Assembly (NCBI GenBank): GCA_015062235.1
Contig: SUUZ01000003.1
Span: 94,736-158,735, forward strand
DNA length: 64,000 nt
From: Alphaproteobacteria bacterium
GTDB taxonomy: Bacteria; Pseudomonadota; Alphaproteobacteria; RF32; CAG-239
Direction of reading: 5' to 3'
A model generated the notes under the pieces. The model saw only the letters and a list, made by a program, of their open reading frames with translations. It did not search any database and had not been told where the DNA came from. This document shows positions 1 to 10,935 of the stretch, piece by piece (the stretch's first letter is position 1; every line of letters begins with the position of its first letter). A program made the position numbers and the translations under genes.

Positions 1-1
1 C

Positions 2-106
2 ATTATTGAAACTACTTTGACTATTTATGAAGAAAATAAAGAACAAAATGTAGATGAAGTAATGTTAAATATTGAAAAAAATGTGGTAAATTACCTAAAA
101 ATGTAA
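2..106 (+). CDS. 3' end of an unidentified gene (partial; start lies before the window, or a gene remnant)
   Basis: Frame +2 is open from the window edge to TAA at 104-106 (…IIETTLTIYEENKEQNVDEVMLNIEKNVVNYLKM*). No recognisable domain. Confidence 0.25.
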   Translation: MIETTLTIYEENKEQNVDEVMLNIEKNVVNYLKM

Positions 107-249
107 AAGATATTATTTAAACTTCAATCACCGAATAATTACCAGCACAATATTTAACAATAGCGAAGTTTCTTTTATTAAGGGCTTGGAATACTACAAT
201 CCACGCCCAATGATTATTAAATACAAAGTCAATTAGCAGACAAATTTAA

Positions 250-678
250 GCCTATATTGAATTAAAAACAAAAGAAGATGCTTTGCTTGATTTTTATTTA
301 GAAGGAAAACTTCCTCAAGCAACATATGAAGCAAAACAAGAGCAAATTGCGAAACAGCATCAAGAATTAGAAGCAACTGCAGAAAAATATAAAACTATAG
401 ATAGCACAATGAAAGAAAGCATTTGTAAAGTTATGTCTATGAGTTGCAATATCTCTGAAATTTTTGATAAAGCCTCACCTACTCGCAAAAATCAGCTACT
501 AAAAATCTTAATATCTGACTGCAAACTTAATGGTAAAGTGCTTGAATATAAAGTAAAAGCTCCTTTTGATAAACTAATCCGATGTAATGACTACAAACAA
601 TTATCTATTGTTGTCATAGATAATTTAAATGAGTTTGAAGGCGTTAAGGTGTGTGGAAAACATCTTATAGTGGTTTAG
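250..678 (+). pseudogene. Recombinase-like C-terminal fragment; probable remnant of a serine-recombinase-type gene
   Basis: The ORF opens directly after a stop at 247-249 and has no catalytic N-terminus. 'LLDFYLEGKLPQATYEAKQEQIAKQHQELEA' resembles the coiled-coil 'LY LDG-I…Y…K…EL' segment near the C-terminus of large serine recombinases. It sits at the edge of a low-GC islet. Confidence 0.35.
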
Positions 679-766
679 CAACCAAGCCCAACACACAAAA
701 CCCCACATTTAATCCTAAAAAAATCAAATTAATCGCAATTTGTGCTAAATTTACTCACAAAATAGC

Positions 767-795
767 TTGACAATTCAAAATTATTCTTATATACT
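767..795 (+). promoter_or_regulatory. Consensus sigma70-type promoter
   Basis: TTGACA (767-772), a 17-nt spacer, then TATACT (790-795). This is a near-perfect -35/-10 match, about 140 bp upstream of the GIY-YIG gene. Confidence 0.45.
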
Positions 796-935
796 ACCAT
801 CTGTATTTACAAATACAAAAAAAGCCACCCAGCAAGGTGGCTCGGAGTTATATTAACCCCTGGAACGGTTTAAATGTAACTCCATGTGTTTAATTTGTCA
901 ACAATTATGTTGACACTAAGTAATGGAGAATAAAT

Positions 936-1253
936 TTGAATAATTATAATAATCGGGTCTCCTATTCCCCTCAAAATAGGAACTATATTCCAACATCATC
1001 TGGTGTATATATCATCACAGATACTTGGGGCAATGTTAAGTATGTTGGTCAAGCTAATGACTTAAGACGCCGTTATGAAGAGCATCTTTCTTATCAAGAA
1101 CCAAATATTGAGTTAAGAAATTTCCTCAGGAATAACTATGCTTTCTTTCAATATGAAGTAATATACTATCAGGGTGATCGTAACTCTGAGGAGTTACGCA
1201 TATATCGTATGTATAGACCGCCTTTTAATCACATGCAACCTCCAGCGGCTTAG
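936..1253 (+). CDS. Small stand-alone GIY-YIG nuclease-domain protein (YhbQ/UPF0213-like)
   Basis: 'GVYIITDTWGNVKYVGQANDLRRRYEEH' is a classic GIY-x10-YIG…R…E motif. The protein is 105 aa and consists of the nuclease domain only. It uses a TTG start. Confidence 0.7.
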   Translation: MNNYNNRVSYSPQNRNYIPTSSGVYIITDTWGNVKYVGQANDLRRRYEEHLSYQEPNIELRNFLRNNYAFFQYEVIYYQGDRNSEELRIYRMYRPPFNHMQPPAA

Positions 1254-1265
1254 CAAAAAAAATAA

Positions 1266-1300
1266 AGGGGCTAAAAATTCGTTTTTTAGCCCTAGTTCAC
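1266..1300 (+). terminator. Rho-independent terminator after the GIY-YIG gene
   Basis: GGGGCTAAAAA-ttcg-TTTTTAGCCC hairpin followed by a T-rich tract. Confidence 0.55.
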
Positions 1301-1358
1301 CATTTTTTAACATTTTTAATATATTCTTTGTTTGATTTTAACACAGAAAGAGGTCAAT

Positions 1359-2666
1359 ATGTTAGTTGAATTCAAATTTAAGAACTTTAGAAGCTTTAAA
1401 AACGAAGCTTATTTTTCTATGAAACCTTCTTCATTAAATGGTAATAATAAAAATACAATATTAACAAACTTAAAAAAAATTCCTCAAATATACAGAACTG
1501 CGGGTATTTTTGGAGCAAATGCATCTGGTAAATCAAATATAATCAAAGCTTTTCAGCTTTTTAAATTTTTAATTAAAACAAGTTTCAAATCTGAAATAAA
1601 CGACTTAATTAATGAAGATAGATATGTTCTAGATGATGAAAACACACATAAACCAACTTCTTTTGAAATCTCATTTATTTACAATAACAACCTTTATAAA
1701 TATGGAATAACTTATGTACCTTCGGAAATATTAAAAGAATTTTTAACATACACAGATATATCTGAAAATGGGTCAGCTCGTGAAAATATTGTATTTTTAA
1801 GAGAAGCTGGAAAAGAATTAAAAGCTAAAAACATATCTCAATCATGGATTAATGAACTGGCTCCTAATAGGCTTTTCCTCTCAGAAATTGTTAACAATCG
1901 ACGTAGCACTGATGAACATATTATGAATACATATAACTATATTGTAAATAATATTAATGTGACTAATAATAATTCATCAGAAAAAATTTCATTCGAAATG
2001 TTACAAGGTAATGAAGGACAATTAATTATAGATTACATAAAAGAAGCTGATTTAGGTATAGAAGATATTTCTATTAAAGAATTATCCCCTGAAGATATTA
2101 TGGAAGATATAAAAAATGATAAAAACAAGAATAGTAGAGATTTTGCTGAACGCCTAATTAAAAATATATTATCAGGAGAGGCAAAAGTTTTTGATATAAA
2201 AGTATCTCATAAAACGGAACAAGGAATCATAAAACAATGTTATCTAGAAAATGAATCCGAAGGAACTAAAGTTTTTATTGCTTTTGCAGCTCCAATTATA
2301 AACACTTTAAGGAAAGGTGGTGTTCTATTTATAGATGAATTAGATGCTTCATTGCATCCTCATCTTGTTAGGTATATTATAAATCTATTTAATAATGTAA
2401 ATATAAACAAAAATAATGCGCAGCTTATTTTTACTTCATATGCTTTTTATTTAATGGATGGAGATGCTCTTTCTAGAGATCAAATTTGGTTTACAAATAA
2501 AAACAACAACTATTGGTCATCTCTACATTCTTTACGAGATAAAAATGAAAAACGCAAAAACAAATCATTTATAGATGCATATCTAAATGGTTTGTATGGT
2601 TATACTCCTAATATTAATATTGAAAATTTTGTTAAGCTATTTAACAACTATGAAAACAACAAATAG
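1359..2666 (+). CDS. ABC-type (AAA_21/AAA_15-like) ATPase with no fused nuclease domain
   Basis: ATG at 1359 follows an AAGAGG ribosome-binding site; the ORF track's TTG at 1332 is less likely. Walker A 'GANASGKSN' lies near the N-terminus. Walker B/D-loop 'VLFIDELDASLHP' and 'QLIFTSY…LSRDQIWF' lie at the C-terminus. This is the SMC-like split ATPase architecture typical of defence-associated ATPases. Confidence 0.7.
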   Translation: MLVEFKFKNFRSFKNEAYFSMKPSSLNGNNKNTILTNLKKIPQIYRTAGIFGANASGKSNIIKAFQLFKFLIKTSFKSEINDLINEDRYVLDDENTHKPTSFEISFIYNNNLYKYGITYVPSEILKEFLTYTDISENGSARENIVFLREAGKELKAKNISQSWINELAPNRLFLSEIVNNRRSTDEHIMNTYNYIVNNINVTNNNSSEKISFEMLQGNEGQLIIDYIKEADLGIEDISIKELSPEDIMEDIKNDKNKNSRDFAERLIKNILSGEAKVFDIKVSHKTEQGIIKQCYLENESEGTKVFIAFAAPIINTLRKGGVLFIDELDASLHPHLVRYIINLFNNVNINKNNAQLIFTSYAFYLMDGDALSRDQIWFTNKNNNYWSSLHSLRDKNEKRKNKSFIDAYLNGLYGYTPNINIENFVKLFNNYENNK

Positions 2667-2711
2667 TTAATTAGTCCGTGTATTACAAGGTGCTTCCAGC
2701 CAGAGTTCAAA

Positions 2712-2740
2712 AGTCGTCAGAAATGGCGACTTTTTCTTTT
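2712..2740 (+). terminator. Rho-independent terminator after the ATPase gene
   Basis: AGTCG-tcagaaatgg-CGACT hairpin followed by TTTTTCTTTTATTTT. Confidence 0.5.
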
Positions 2741-2865
2741 ATTTTCAAACATTTAAGCTGCCTCGAAGATGAATATATTTTGAAGGCTTGTTTTACAACA
2801 TCTTCGAAATCACTTCTATAGTTTTCAATAACTTAGTAAATTTTAACAAAAATATCACCCTAGAT

Positions 2866-3729
2866 TTATAGTTTTCTTACTCCAACAGACATTGTCATCT
2901 TGTGCCTTTCTTTAGGTGCTAAAACAACAAAATTACTCCCTTGATTAGCAGGTTCAACACATATAAATTTTTTATATTGTCCTTCACTCATTTCAGCTAG
3001 ATCTTTATTAGGATTCCAAATAACCGTAGAATTTGAATCTGTTTTTTGTAATGTTATAATACGATTTAATTTATTATCTACGATTTCAATATCTTTAGTA
3101 TGATTAAAAAATGCGACATCAACTTCGCCCTTAATTTCTAAGTCTTTTTCTTGAGTGTAAATTTTACCATCTAATGAATTATGATATTGATGCCCTAACA
3201 AACCTTTAATTACAACATCATCTCTATTCCCAACATAAAAATAAGCATGCAACGCCTCACTAAACCTAAACTCTTTATTGCCATTATTAGTTGTCTCTAG
3301 ATAACATTCCAACTTATCAGTAATTTTAATATTGAAACTAACATCCACATCAAGATTAAATTTTGCATCTGGTTTCAAAAACAAATTAACTTCTATTTTT
3401 TCTTCATCCACTAAAATGTCTTGAACATCCCAAACAGATAATCTTGCAAAGCCATGTCTTGGAAAATGGTTGTTTAATGTTTCCTCTGCAAAACGAGGCC
3501 AACAAACAGGTATTCCTCCCCGAATAGCTTGTATTTTATCAAACTTATTTAAATCTCCCAACCAAAAAACATCATGTTTTTCTGTTTTTGGTCGATATGA
3601 TACAATGTTTCCTCCAAAAAGAGATATTTTGCATTCAGCTTTTTTATTACTCAATTTTATAAAAGAGTTTTTATTAAAAATCATATTTTTGCCTTTTACG
3701 TAAATTACAACAATTATATCATCAGGCAT
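2866..3729 (-). CDS. yeaD: D-hexose-6-phosphate mutarotase (glucose-6-phosphate 1-epimerase, YeaD family)
   Basis: 'IRGGIPVCWPRFA…HGFARLSVW' and the overall length match the aldose-1-epimerase-like YeaD family. Confidence 0.7.
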   Translation of the reverse strand: MPDDIIVVIYVKGKNMIFNKNSFIKLSNKKAECKISLFGGNIVSYRPKTEKHDVFWLGDLNKFDKIQAIRGGIPVCWPRFAEETLNNHFPRHGFARLSVWDVQDILVDEEKIEVNLFLKPDAKFNLDVDVSFNIKITDKLECYLETTNNGNKEFRFSEALHAYFYVGNRDDVVIKGLLGHQYHNSLDGKIYTQEKDLEIKGEVDVAFFNHTKDIEIVDNKLNRIITLQKTDSNSTVIWNPNKDLAEMSEGQYKKFICVEPANQGSNFVVLAPKERHKMTMSVGVRKL

Positions 3730-3859
3730 GACCTCATTTTATGTCAACAAATTTTATCTTTTAATATACAGAACTTCACCAATAAAAAACTTGATTAATT
3801 ACTAACAATAGTTAAAATACCTGACAGTTTTTCATAATAATAAATAAAAAGGACAAAAG

Positions 3860-4276
3860 ATGACTTGGTTTCTATTTGCTTTAGGAGCTGCATTATTTGC
3901 AGCACTTACTTCAATTTTAGCCAAAATAGGTTTAGAAGGAATTAGTTCAAATGTCGCTACAGCAATTCGCACAATTGTTATATTAGCCATGTCTTGGGGT
4001 ATTGTTTTCTTTACAGGATCTCACAATCAATTAAGCTCAATATCTAGCAAAAACTGGTGGTTTTTAATAGCTTCTGGCATTGCAACAGGAGCATCATGGC
4101 TCTGCTATTTCAAAGCATTGCAAATAGGTGATGTTTCAAAAGTTGTTGCAATTGATAAATTTAGTTTAGTGCTAACTATCATATTATCTGCAATAATCTT
4201 AAGCGAAGTAATGACATTAAAAGTAATAGTTGGATGTCTATTAATCACAGCTGGTACTCTTTTAATGATTTTATAA
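3860..4276 (+). CDS. EamA-like small membrane transporter (4-TM, DMT superfamily)
   Basis: 138 aa, four hydrophobic helices, EamA-type glycine/alanine-rich TM segments. Confidence 0.5.
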   Translation: MTWFLFALGAALFAALTSILAKIGLEGISSNVATAIRTIVILAMSWGIVFFTGSHNQLSSISSKNWWFLIASGIATGASWLCYFKALQIGDVSKVVAIDKFSLVLTIILSAIILSEVMTLKVIVGCLLITAGTLLMIL

Positions 4277-4316
4277 AAATAAAACAACCTTTATCTTAAA
4301 TAGGCTAATTATCATC

Positions 4317-4997
4317 ATGGATATATATCAAGATATACGACAAGTTTTAATTGATAACGCTGAAACTTGTTATAAAAATTTTCTAATAAAACTTATTCCT
4401 AATTGTTCCAATATTCTAGGAGTTAGAATACCTTTTTTAAGAAAAATAGCCAAACAAATATGTTCAAATAATTGGCAATCATATATATATCATAATCCTA
4501 TTTTTTTAGAAGAAACTTTATTGCAAGCTATAATCATCGGTAAAAAATCTCAAACCATTAGTGATTTCAACAATATTAAAAACTTTATTCCCAAAATAAC
4601 CAACTGGGCAATTTGTGATACTTTTTGCTCAAGCTTAAAATTTATAAAAAACAATAAAGATTATTGCTTAATATTTTTAAAACCTTACCTATCTTCCTCA
4701 AAAGAATTTGAATTACGCTTTGGCTTAGTGATACTACTAAACTATTTTATAGAAGAAAAATATCTACCACTAATTTTCAAAACACTCGATAGTTTCAAAA
4801 ATAATCAATACTATGCTCAAATGGCTGCAGCTTGGCTTCTTTCTTCTTGCTTTATAAAATTTCCCAATCGAACCTTAATTTACCTAAAAAAATCTCAACT
4901 TGATAAAACAACTTACAATAAATCTATTCAAAAAATTATTGAATCTCAACAAGTAGACAGGTCATTTCATCCCTTACTGAAAAGTATGAAACAATAA
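4317..4997 (+). CDS. DNA alkylation repair protein (AlkD/AlkC-like HEAT-repeat glycosylase family)
   Basis: 'NILGVRIPFLRKIAK' and the helical-repeat composition are typical of PF08713. Very AT-rich. Confidence 0.5.
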   Translation: MDIYQDIRQVLIDNAETCYKNFLIKLIPNCSNILGVRIPFLRKIAKQICSNNWQSYIYHNPIFLEETLLQAIIIGKKSQTISDFNNIKNFIPKITNWAICDTFCSSLKFIKNNKDYCLIFLKPYLSSSKEFELRFGLVILLNYFIEEKYLPLIFKTLDSFKNNQYYAQMAAAWLLSSCFIKFPNRTLIYLKKSQLDKTTYNKSIQKIIESQQVDRSFHPLLKSMKQ

Positions 4998-5058
4998 TTA
5001 TAAATGACATAAAAAAGCGGCCCACTAATGGACCGCTATAATAAGTCATTATTATATT

Positions 5059-7022
<1,964 letters not shown>

Positions 7023-7143
7023 TTTTAGTACTCCATTGTATATTATAACTAAACCTTTAGTTAGTTATCAAAAACGTCTTTGTCAAGAGAACCAATAAAA
7101 AAAGTTGCCCTTTATAAAGGGCAACCATAAAAAAGTAAATGTA

Positions 7144-7887
7144 TCAAACACTTTTCTTTATTGTTGCAACAATTTGAACCACCGCTGAAACAACAAAACT
7201 TACAATCAATAAAAATGAGAACAACATCACACTTACAAAGTATACCCAAGCTTCAGGATATACCAACATAACAGGACGAGCAATAGTCGAAGCCCATCCG
7301 TCTAAAGTAAATACTTGAAGCAAAGTAAATATAGCTGCTCCTAAATTACCAAATATCGAAAAAGTTTCACCATAAAGACTAACTGCAATTATCCCAAAGA
7401 CATAAAAAGATACAATAAATATAACCAAAAAAGAAATAAAAGCTGGTAACAACTCAATAAATACTTGTACTAAGTTATTCATTTTGGAAAAACGATTTAC
7501 ATATTTAAACAACCTAAACAGACGAAATGTTCTCAATACAATAAATGCACTCATAACAGGCAGTGATGAAACAACAACTATAACCAGATCAAAAACATTC
7601 CATCCTGATTTAAAAAATTTTCCTTTTAAGGCAAAAATTTTCAAAAACATTTCCGCCATAAAAATTCCCATAAAAACCCTATCTAACAAAAACAACCCAT
7701 TATCAAAATAAAATTCCATTGTTGGCGAAGTCATCAAACCTAAAATAACAGCATTAGCCAAAATAACTGCCATTATGAACATATCAAAACTAAAACCTGT
7801 TACTAATTTCGCCAACCTGCGTTGATCATCGTTATAATATAGCGATGATATAATTTTCTTTGATGATGACTTATTTTTTTCAACCAT
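7144..7887 (-). CDS. Single-domain voltage-gated cation channel (NaChBac/BacNav family)
   Basis: Six TM segments. The S4 voltage sensor 'LRTFRLFRLFKYVNRF' has R/K at every third position. The pore region 'FTLLQVFTLDGWASTIARPVM' aligns with NaChBac 'TLESWAS'. The start ATG at 7887 follows a GAGGAG ribosome-binding site. Confidence 0.75.
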   Translation of the reverse strand: MVEKNKSSSKKIISSLYYNDDQRRLAKLVTGFSFDMFIMAVILANAVILGLMTSPTMEFYFDNGLFLLDRVFMGIFMAEMFLKIFALKGKFFKSGWNVFDLVIVVVSSLPVMSAFIVLRTFRLFRLFKYVNRFSKMNNLVQVFIELLPAFISFLVIFIVSFYVFGIIAVSLYGETFSIFGNLGAAIFTLLQVFTLDGWASTIARPVMLVYPEAWVYFVSVMLFSFLLIVSFVVSAVVQIVATIKKSV

Positions 7888-7928
7888 ATTATCTCTCCTC
7901 AAGTTTCAAACATCCACATCATTCTAAA

Positions 7929-8594
7929 CTAAAACAACCAGAATGCAACAACAATTCCTGACAAAGCTATCATAGGACCAAATGCTAACACAGATTTCTT
8001 TCTAATCAAACTATACACAATTCCTAAAACAGATGCCAAAACAATCACATAAAGAAGCCCTTCAACTCCCAACCAAGCTCCAAGAGCTGACAACAGCTTA
8101 ATATCTCCACCTCCAAAAGCATCTTTATTACGCCAAACAATCAAAAGACTAACTAACACAGGTAAAAAATAACCAATAAACGCTCCTATCGCACTTTCAT
8201 TAAAAGCAACAAATCCCATATTTAAACTTGAGGCCAAAAAACCCAATAAAAGCAATGGAACAGTCAGTATATCTGGTAATAAAAATATTCTAAAATCAAT
8301 TTCTGCCATAAGTAACAAAAGCCATATATACATAGCTATAAATCCAAAACCATGTACCCCAAAATGTATATACGCTAAATAAGTAATTATAGCAAAAGCA
8401 AAAGCTTCAACTATTGAGCGCCAAACAAGCTTTTTATACAATTTATTACGTCTGTATAAACTAACTTTTTTAGTTGGACGAAAAATCTCAAACAATGCAC
8501 CTGCAAAAGTTGCAGGCATAAATTTAGCAAATCTTCTTGCAGTATAAGGAGTAAACAAACCAAAAATAAGAGCCAGTAAAATATAAAACACCAT
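7929..8594 (-). CDS. Prepilin peptidase (A24 family, PilD/CpaA-like)
   Basis: Polytopic membrane protein with a 'GGGDIKLL' motif. ATG at 8594 follows a GGAGAG ribosome-binding site. Confidence 0.6.
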   Translation of the reverse strand: MVFYILLALIFGLFTPYTARRFAKFMPATFAGALFEIFRPTKKVSLYRRNKLYKKLVWRSIVEAFAFAIITYLAYIHFGVHGFGFIAMYIWLLLLMAEIDFRIFLLPDILTVPLLLLGFLASSLNMGFVAFNESAIGAFIGYFLPVLVSLLIVWRNKDAFGGGDIKLLSALGAWLGVEGLLYVIVLASVLGIVYSLIRKKSVLAFGPMIALSGIVVAFWLF

Positions 8595-8681
8595 CGATTC
8601 TCTCCACTTTACATTCAAATACTAGCCTCAAAACAATAAAAATTAATTAAAGTTCTCTAAAATCCAATAGGTGCAAGATTT

Positions 8682-10196
8682 TTATTTATGAACATTTTTA
8701 CCATAAAGCATCCAGTCATATATTTTTGATTTTTTCCTAACGCTAATATCCATATCTTCAACAGTCATCTTACCTTCTGTCAAAGTAGGAATATCTGAAA
8801 ATAATGATGTTCCCAACCCCAACCTATGACCATCAATCTTTGCTCCTAAACTCTCTATTATAGTGGGATAAATATCAAAAGGCGTAAAAATACGATTCTT
8901 TTCATTAATTGCAGCGACAGGGGAATTCATAAAAATATTTATAGGTTTTCTATCCATTTCTTTTGTAAATCTTTGGTTCATTGTTAAATGGTCTCCCAAC
9001 ACCACAACAACACTATCTTTATAAAAATCTTGTTCTTTCAACCATTCAATAAAATTTGCAATCTGTTTATCCGAACACGACACTACATTTTCTATATTAT
9101 TATGCATCCCAAATCTACGCTCACACACATCATCTGCAAAACGATACGTTCCATAATGTGTATCAAGTGTCATCATTGTAAAAACGAATGGTTTTTTTTG
9201 AGAGCTTAAAAATTTTAATTCCTCTTTAGCATAATCAAAAACCTGTCTATCTGGAAATTTAGTGGTCTTCTCAAAAGACAGCTCTATTCCATCTCTTTCC
9301 GCATAAAAATTTGTATCAAGCAATTTTTGTTGCCCATGTGTTTCAACAAATTTATCCATTGCAGCAAATTCACCATTAGAACCAATCAAAGATGTTAGAT
9401 TATATCCTTGCTCTTTCAAAATATCGTACAAACACCACGCCTTAGGGAAAAAGCCCTCTTTGGGATGAAACCAATTAGGATCATTTATTGGTAATTGTAT
9501 CGGTGCACCACACGTTTGAGCAAATAATCCTGCCTGTGTCCACTGTGTACCATCAATTTGATAAGAACCTCCAATATATTCATTATCACTAAATGAAATA
9601 TTTTCTTTTGCTAATTTATGTAACTCCTCTATCAAATCAGCTCCAAAATAATTATGTTTAGGAGTTACGGCATAGGTTGCTTCCATGGATTCTGCAAAAA
9701 TTAATATCAAATTTCTTTTTTGAATAGGAAATGTTATTTTTGCATCCTGTGGTATAATATAATTTTCTTCATAAAAATTAGATGTTTCGCTCTTATATTT
9801 ATGAAAGGTAATCATATTCCACACATTCATCTTAAAGAAGACAAAAACAATACAAAAAATAAACCACCCCAAACTTATTAAACATCTGTGCTTATAAACC
9901 CAAGCTCTAAAAACATCTATAATTTTGATATGAATCCGATATTTACAACAAAAAAACAATGCCAGCAACAAGGTAATAATAAGTCCCGTCATTACTGTAT
10001 TTTTCAAATAACTCATCACTATACGTATTTCTGAAGAAAATGGCATATTCAGATGAAACATAATTTGTTCATATGTTACTTCCCCAAATTTTCTCACAAT
10101 CCAATTTGCTGACGAAAACAGCATATAACCAATAAAAAATACCAATAATGCTACCATCAACATTCTCCATATCACTCTAAAATTAGTTGTAGCCAT
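8682..10196 (-). CDS. Sulfatase-family membrane protein (LTA-synthase/phosphoglycerol- or phosphoethanolamine-transferase-like)
   Basis: N-terminal TM helices are followed by a sulfatase-like domain ('LILIFAESMEATY', 'VVVLGDH'). The start is uncertain: ATG at 10196 or TTG at 10223. Confidence 0.55.
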   Translation of the reverse strand: MATTNFRVIWRMLMVALLVFFIGYMLFSSANWIVRKFGEVTYEQIMFHLNMPFSSEIRIVMSYLKNTVMTGLIITLLLALFFCCKYRIHIKIIDVFRAWVYKHRCLISLGWFIFCIVFVFFKMNVWNMITFHKYKSETSNFYEENYIIPQDAKITFPIQKRNLILIFAESMEATYAVTPKHNYFGADLIEELHKLAKENISFSDNEYIGGSYQIDGTQWTQAGLFAQTCGAPIQLPINDPNWFHPKEGFFPKAWCLYDILKEQGYNLTSLIGSNGEFAAMDKFVETHGQQKLLDTNFYAERDGIELSFEKTTKFPDRQVFDYAKEELKFLSSQKKPFVFTMMTLDTHYGTYRFADDVCERRFGMHNNIENVVSCSDKQIANFIEWLKEQDFYKDSVVVVLGDHLTMNQRFTKEMDRKPINIFMNSPVAAINEKNRIFTPFDIYPTIIESLGAKIDGHRLGLGTSLFSDIPTLTEGKMTVEDMDISVRKKSKIYDWMLYGKNVHK

Positions 10197-10318
10197 ACCA
10201 CAATAAAGACCATAACGCAACAATTTTCAAAAAAATAGTGTACAAAAATTTTATATGTTGCTTTAACAATTTATAATGATATATTCGCAACATTATTTAA
10301 ATAGTATAGGAGTAAAAG

Positions 10319-10927
10319 ATGATTGAAGGATTTGAATGGAAACAATTTTTAGGTGCTTTCTTTGTATTATTTGCTATTATTGATATGCCAGGTTCAATTC
10401 CTCTCATCATTTCCTTACGCAAAAGAGGAAAAATAGTTCGCCCAGTAAAAACTGCTGTCTTAGCATTTATTATGTTTTTAATATTCTACTACGTTGGAGA
10501 GGCCTTTTTAAATTTATTCGGCGTTGATACTGCTTCTTTCGCTGTTGCTGGCTCTTTAATAATATTCGTTATGGCGTGTGAAATGATTTTAGATATTTCA
10601 ATATTCAAAGAAGCTGAAGACACTCCTAAAGATTCTAGTTTCTTTCCTGTTGTTTTTCCTTTAATAGCTGGCGCTGGAGCATTAACAACTATGCTTGCGA
10701 TACGTACACAGTTCAACCAAATAAGTCTACTTTCTGCTATTGCTGCTAACATGCTTTGCGTTTTTGCAATTTTACGTCTAACTGAAAAAATTGAAAAATT
10801 GCTAAGTGCTGGAATGCTCTATATGTTAAAAAAATTTTTTGGAATAATTCTTCTTGCTATTTCAATAAAATTATTTACTAGCAATATAACCTTATTAATT
10901 GAAAAATTTATATCTCATACTAACTAG
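10319..10927 (+). CDS. marC: MarC-family (UPF0056) integral membrane protein
   Basis: 'FFVLFAIIDMPGSIPL' N-terminal signature; six TM helices. Confidence 0.7.
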   Translation: MIEGFEWKQFLGAFFVLFAIIDMPGSIPLIISLRKRGKIVRPVKTAVLAFIMFLIFYYVGEAFLNLFGVDTASFAVAGSLIIFVMACEMILDISIFKEAEDTPKDSSFFPVVFPLIAGAGALTTMLAIRTQFNQISLLSAIAANMLCVFAILRLTEKIEKLLSAGMLYMLKKFFGIILLAISIKLFTSNITLLIEKFISHTN

Positions 10928-10935
10928 TTTCTCAA

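Noticed and set aside
3470-3703. 77-aa plus-strand ORF
   Set aside because: It lies entirely antisense within the well-supported yeaD gene and has low-complexity composition.
10197-10223. Alternative TTG start for the sulfatase-family gene at 10223
   Set aside because: Neither candidate has a clear ribosome-binding site. ATG at 10196 was preferred, but the 5' end remains uncertain.
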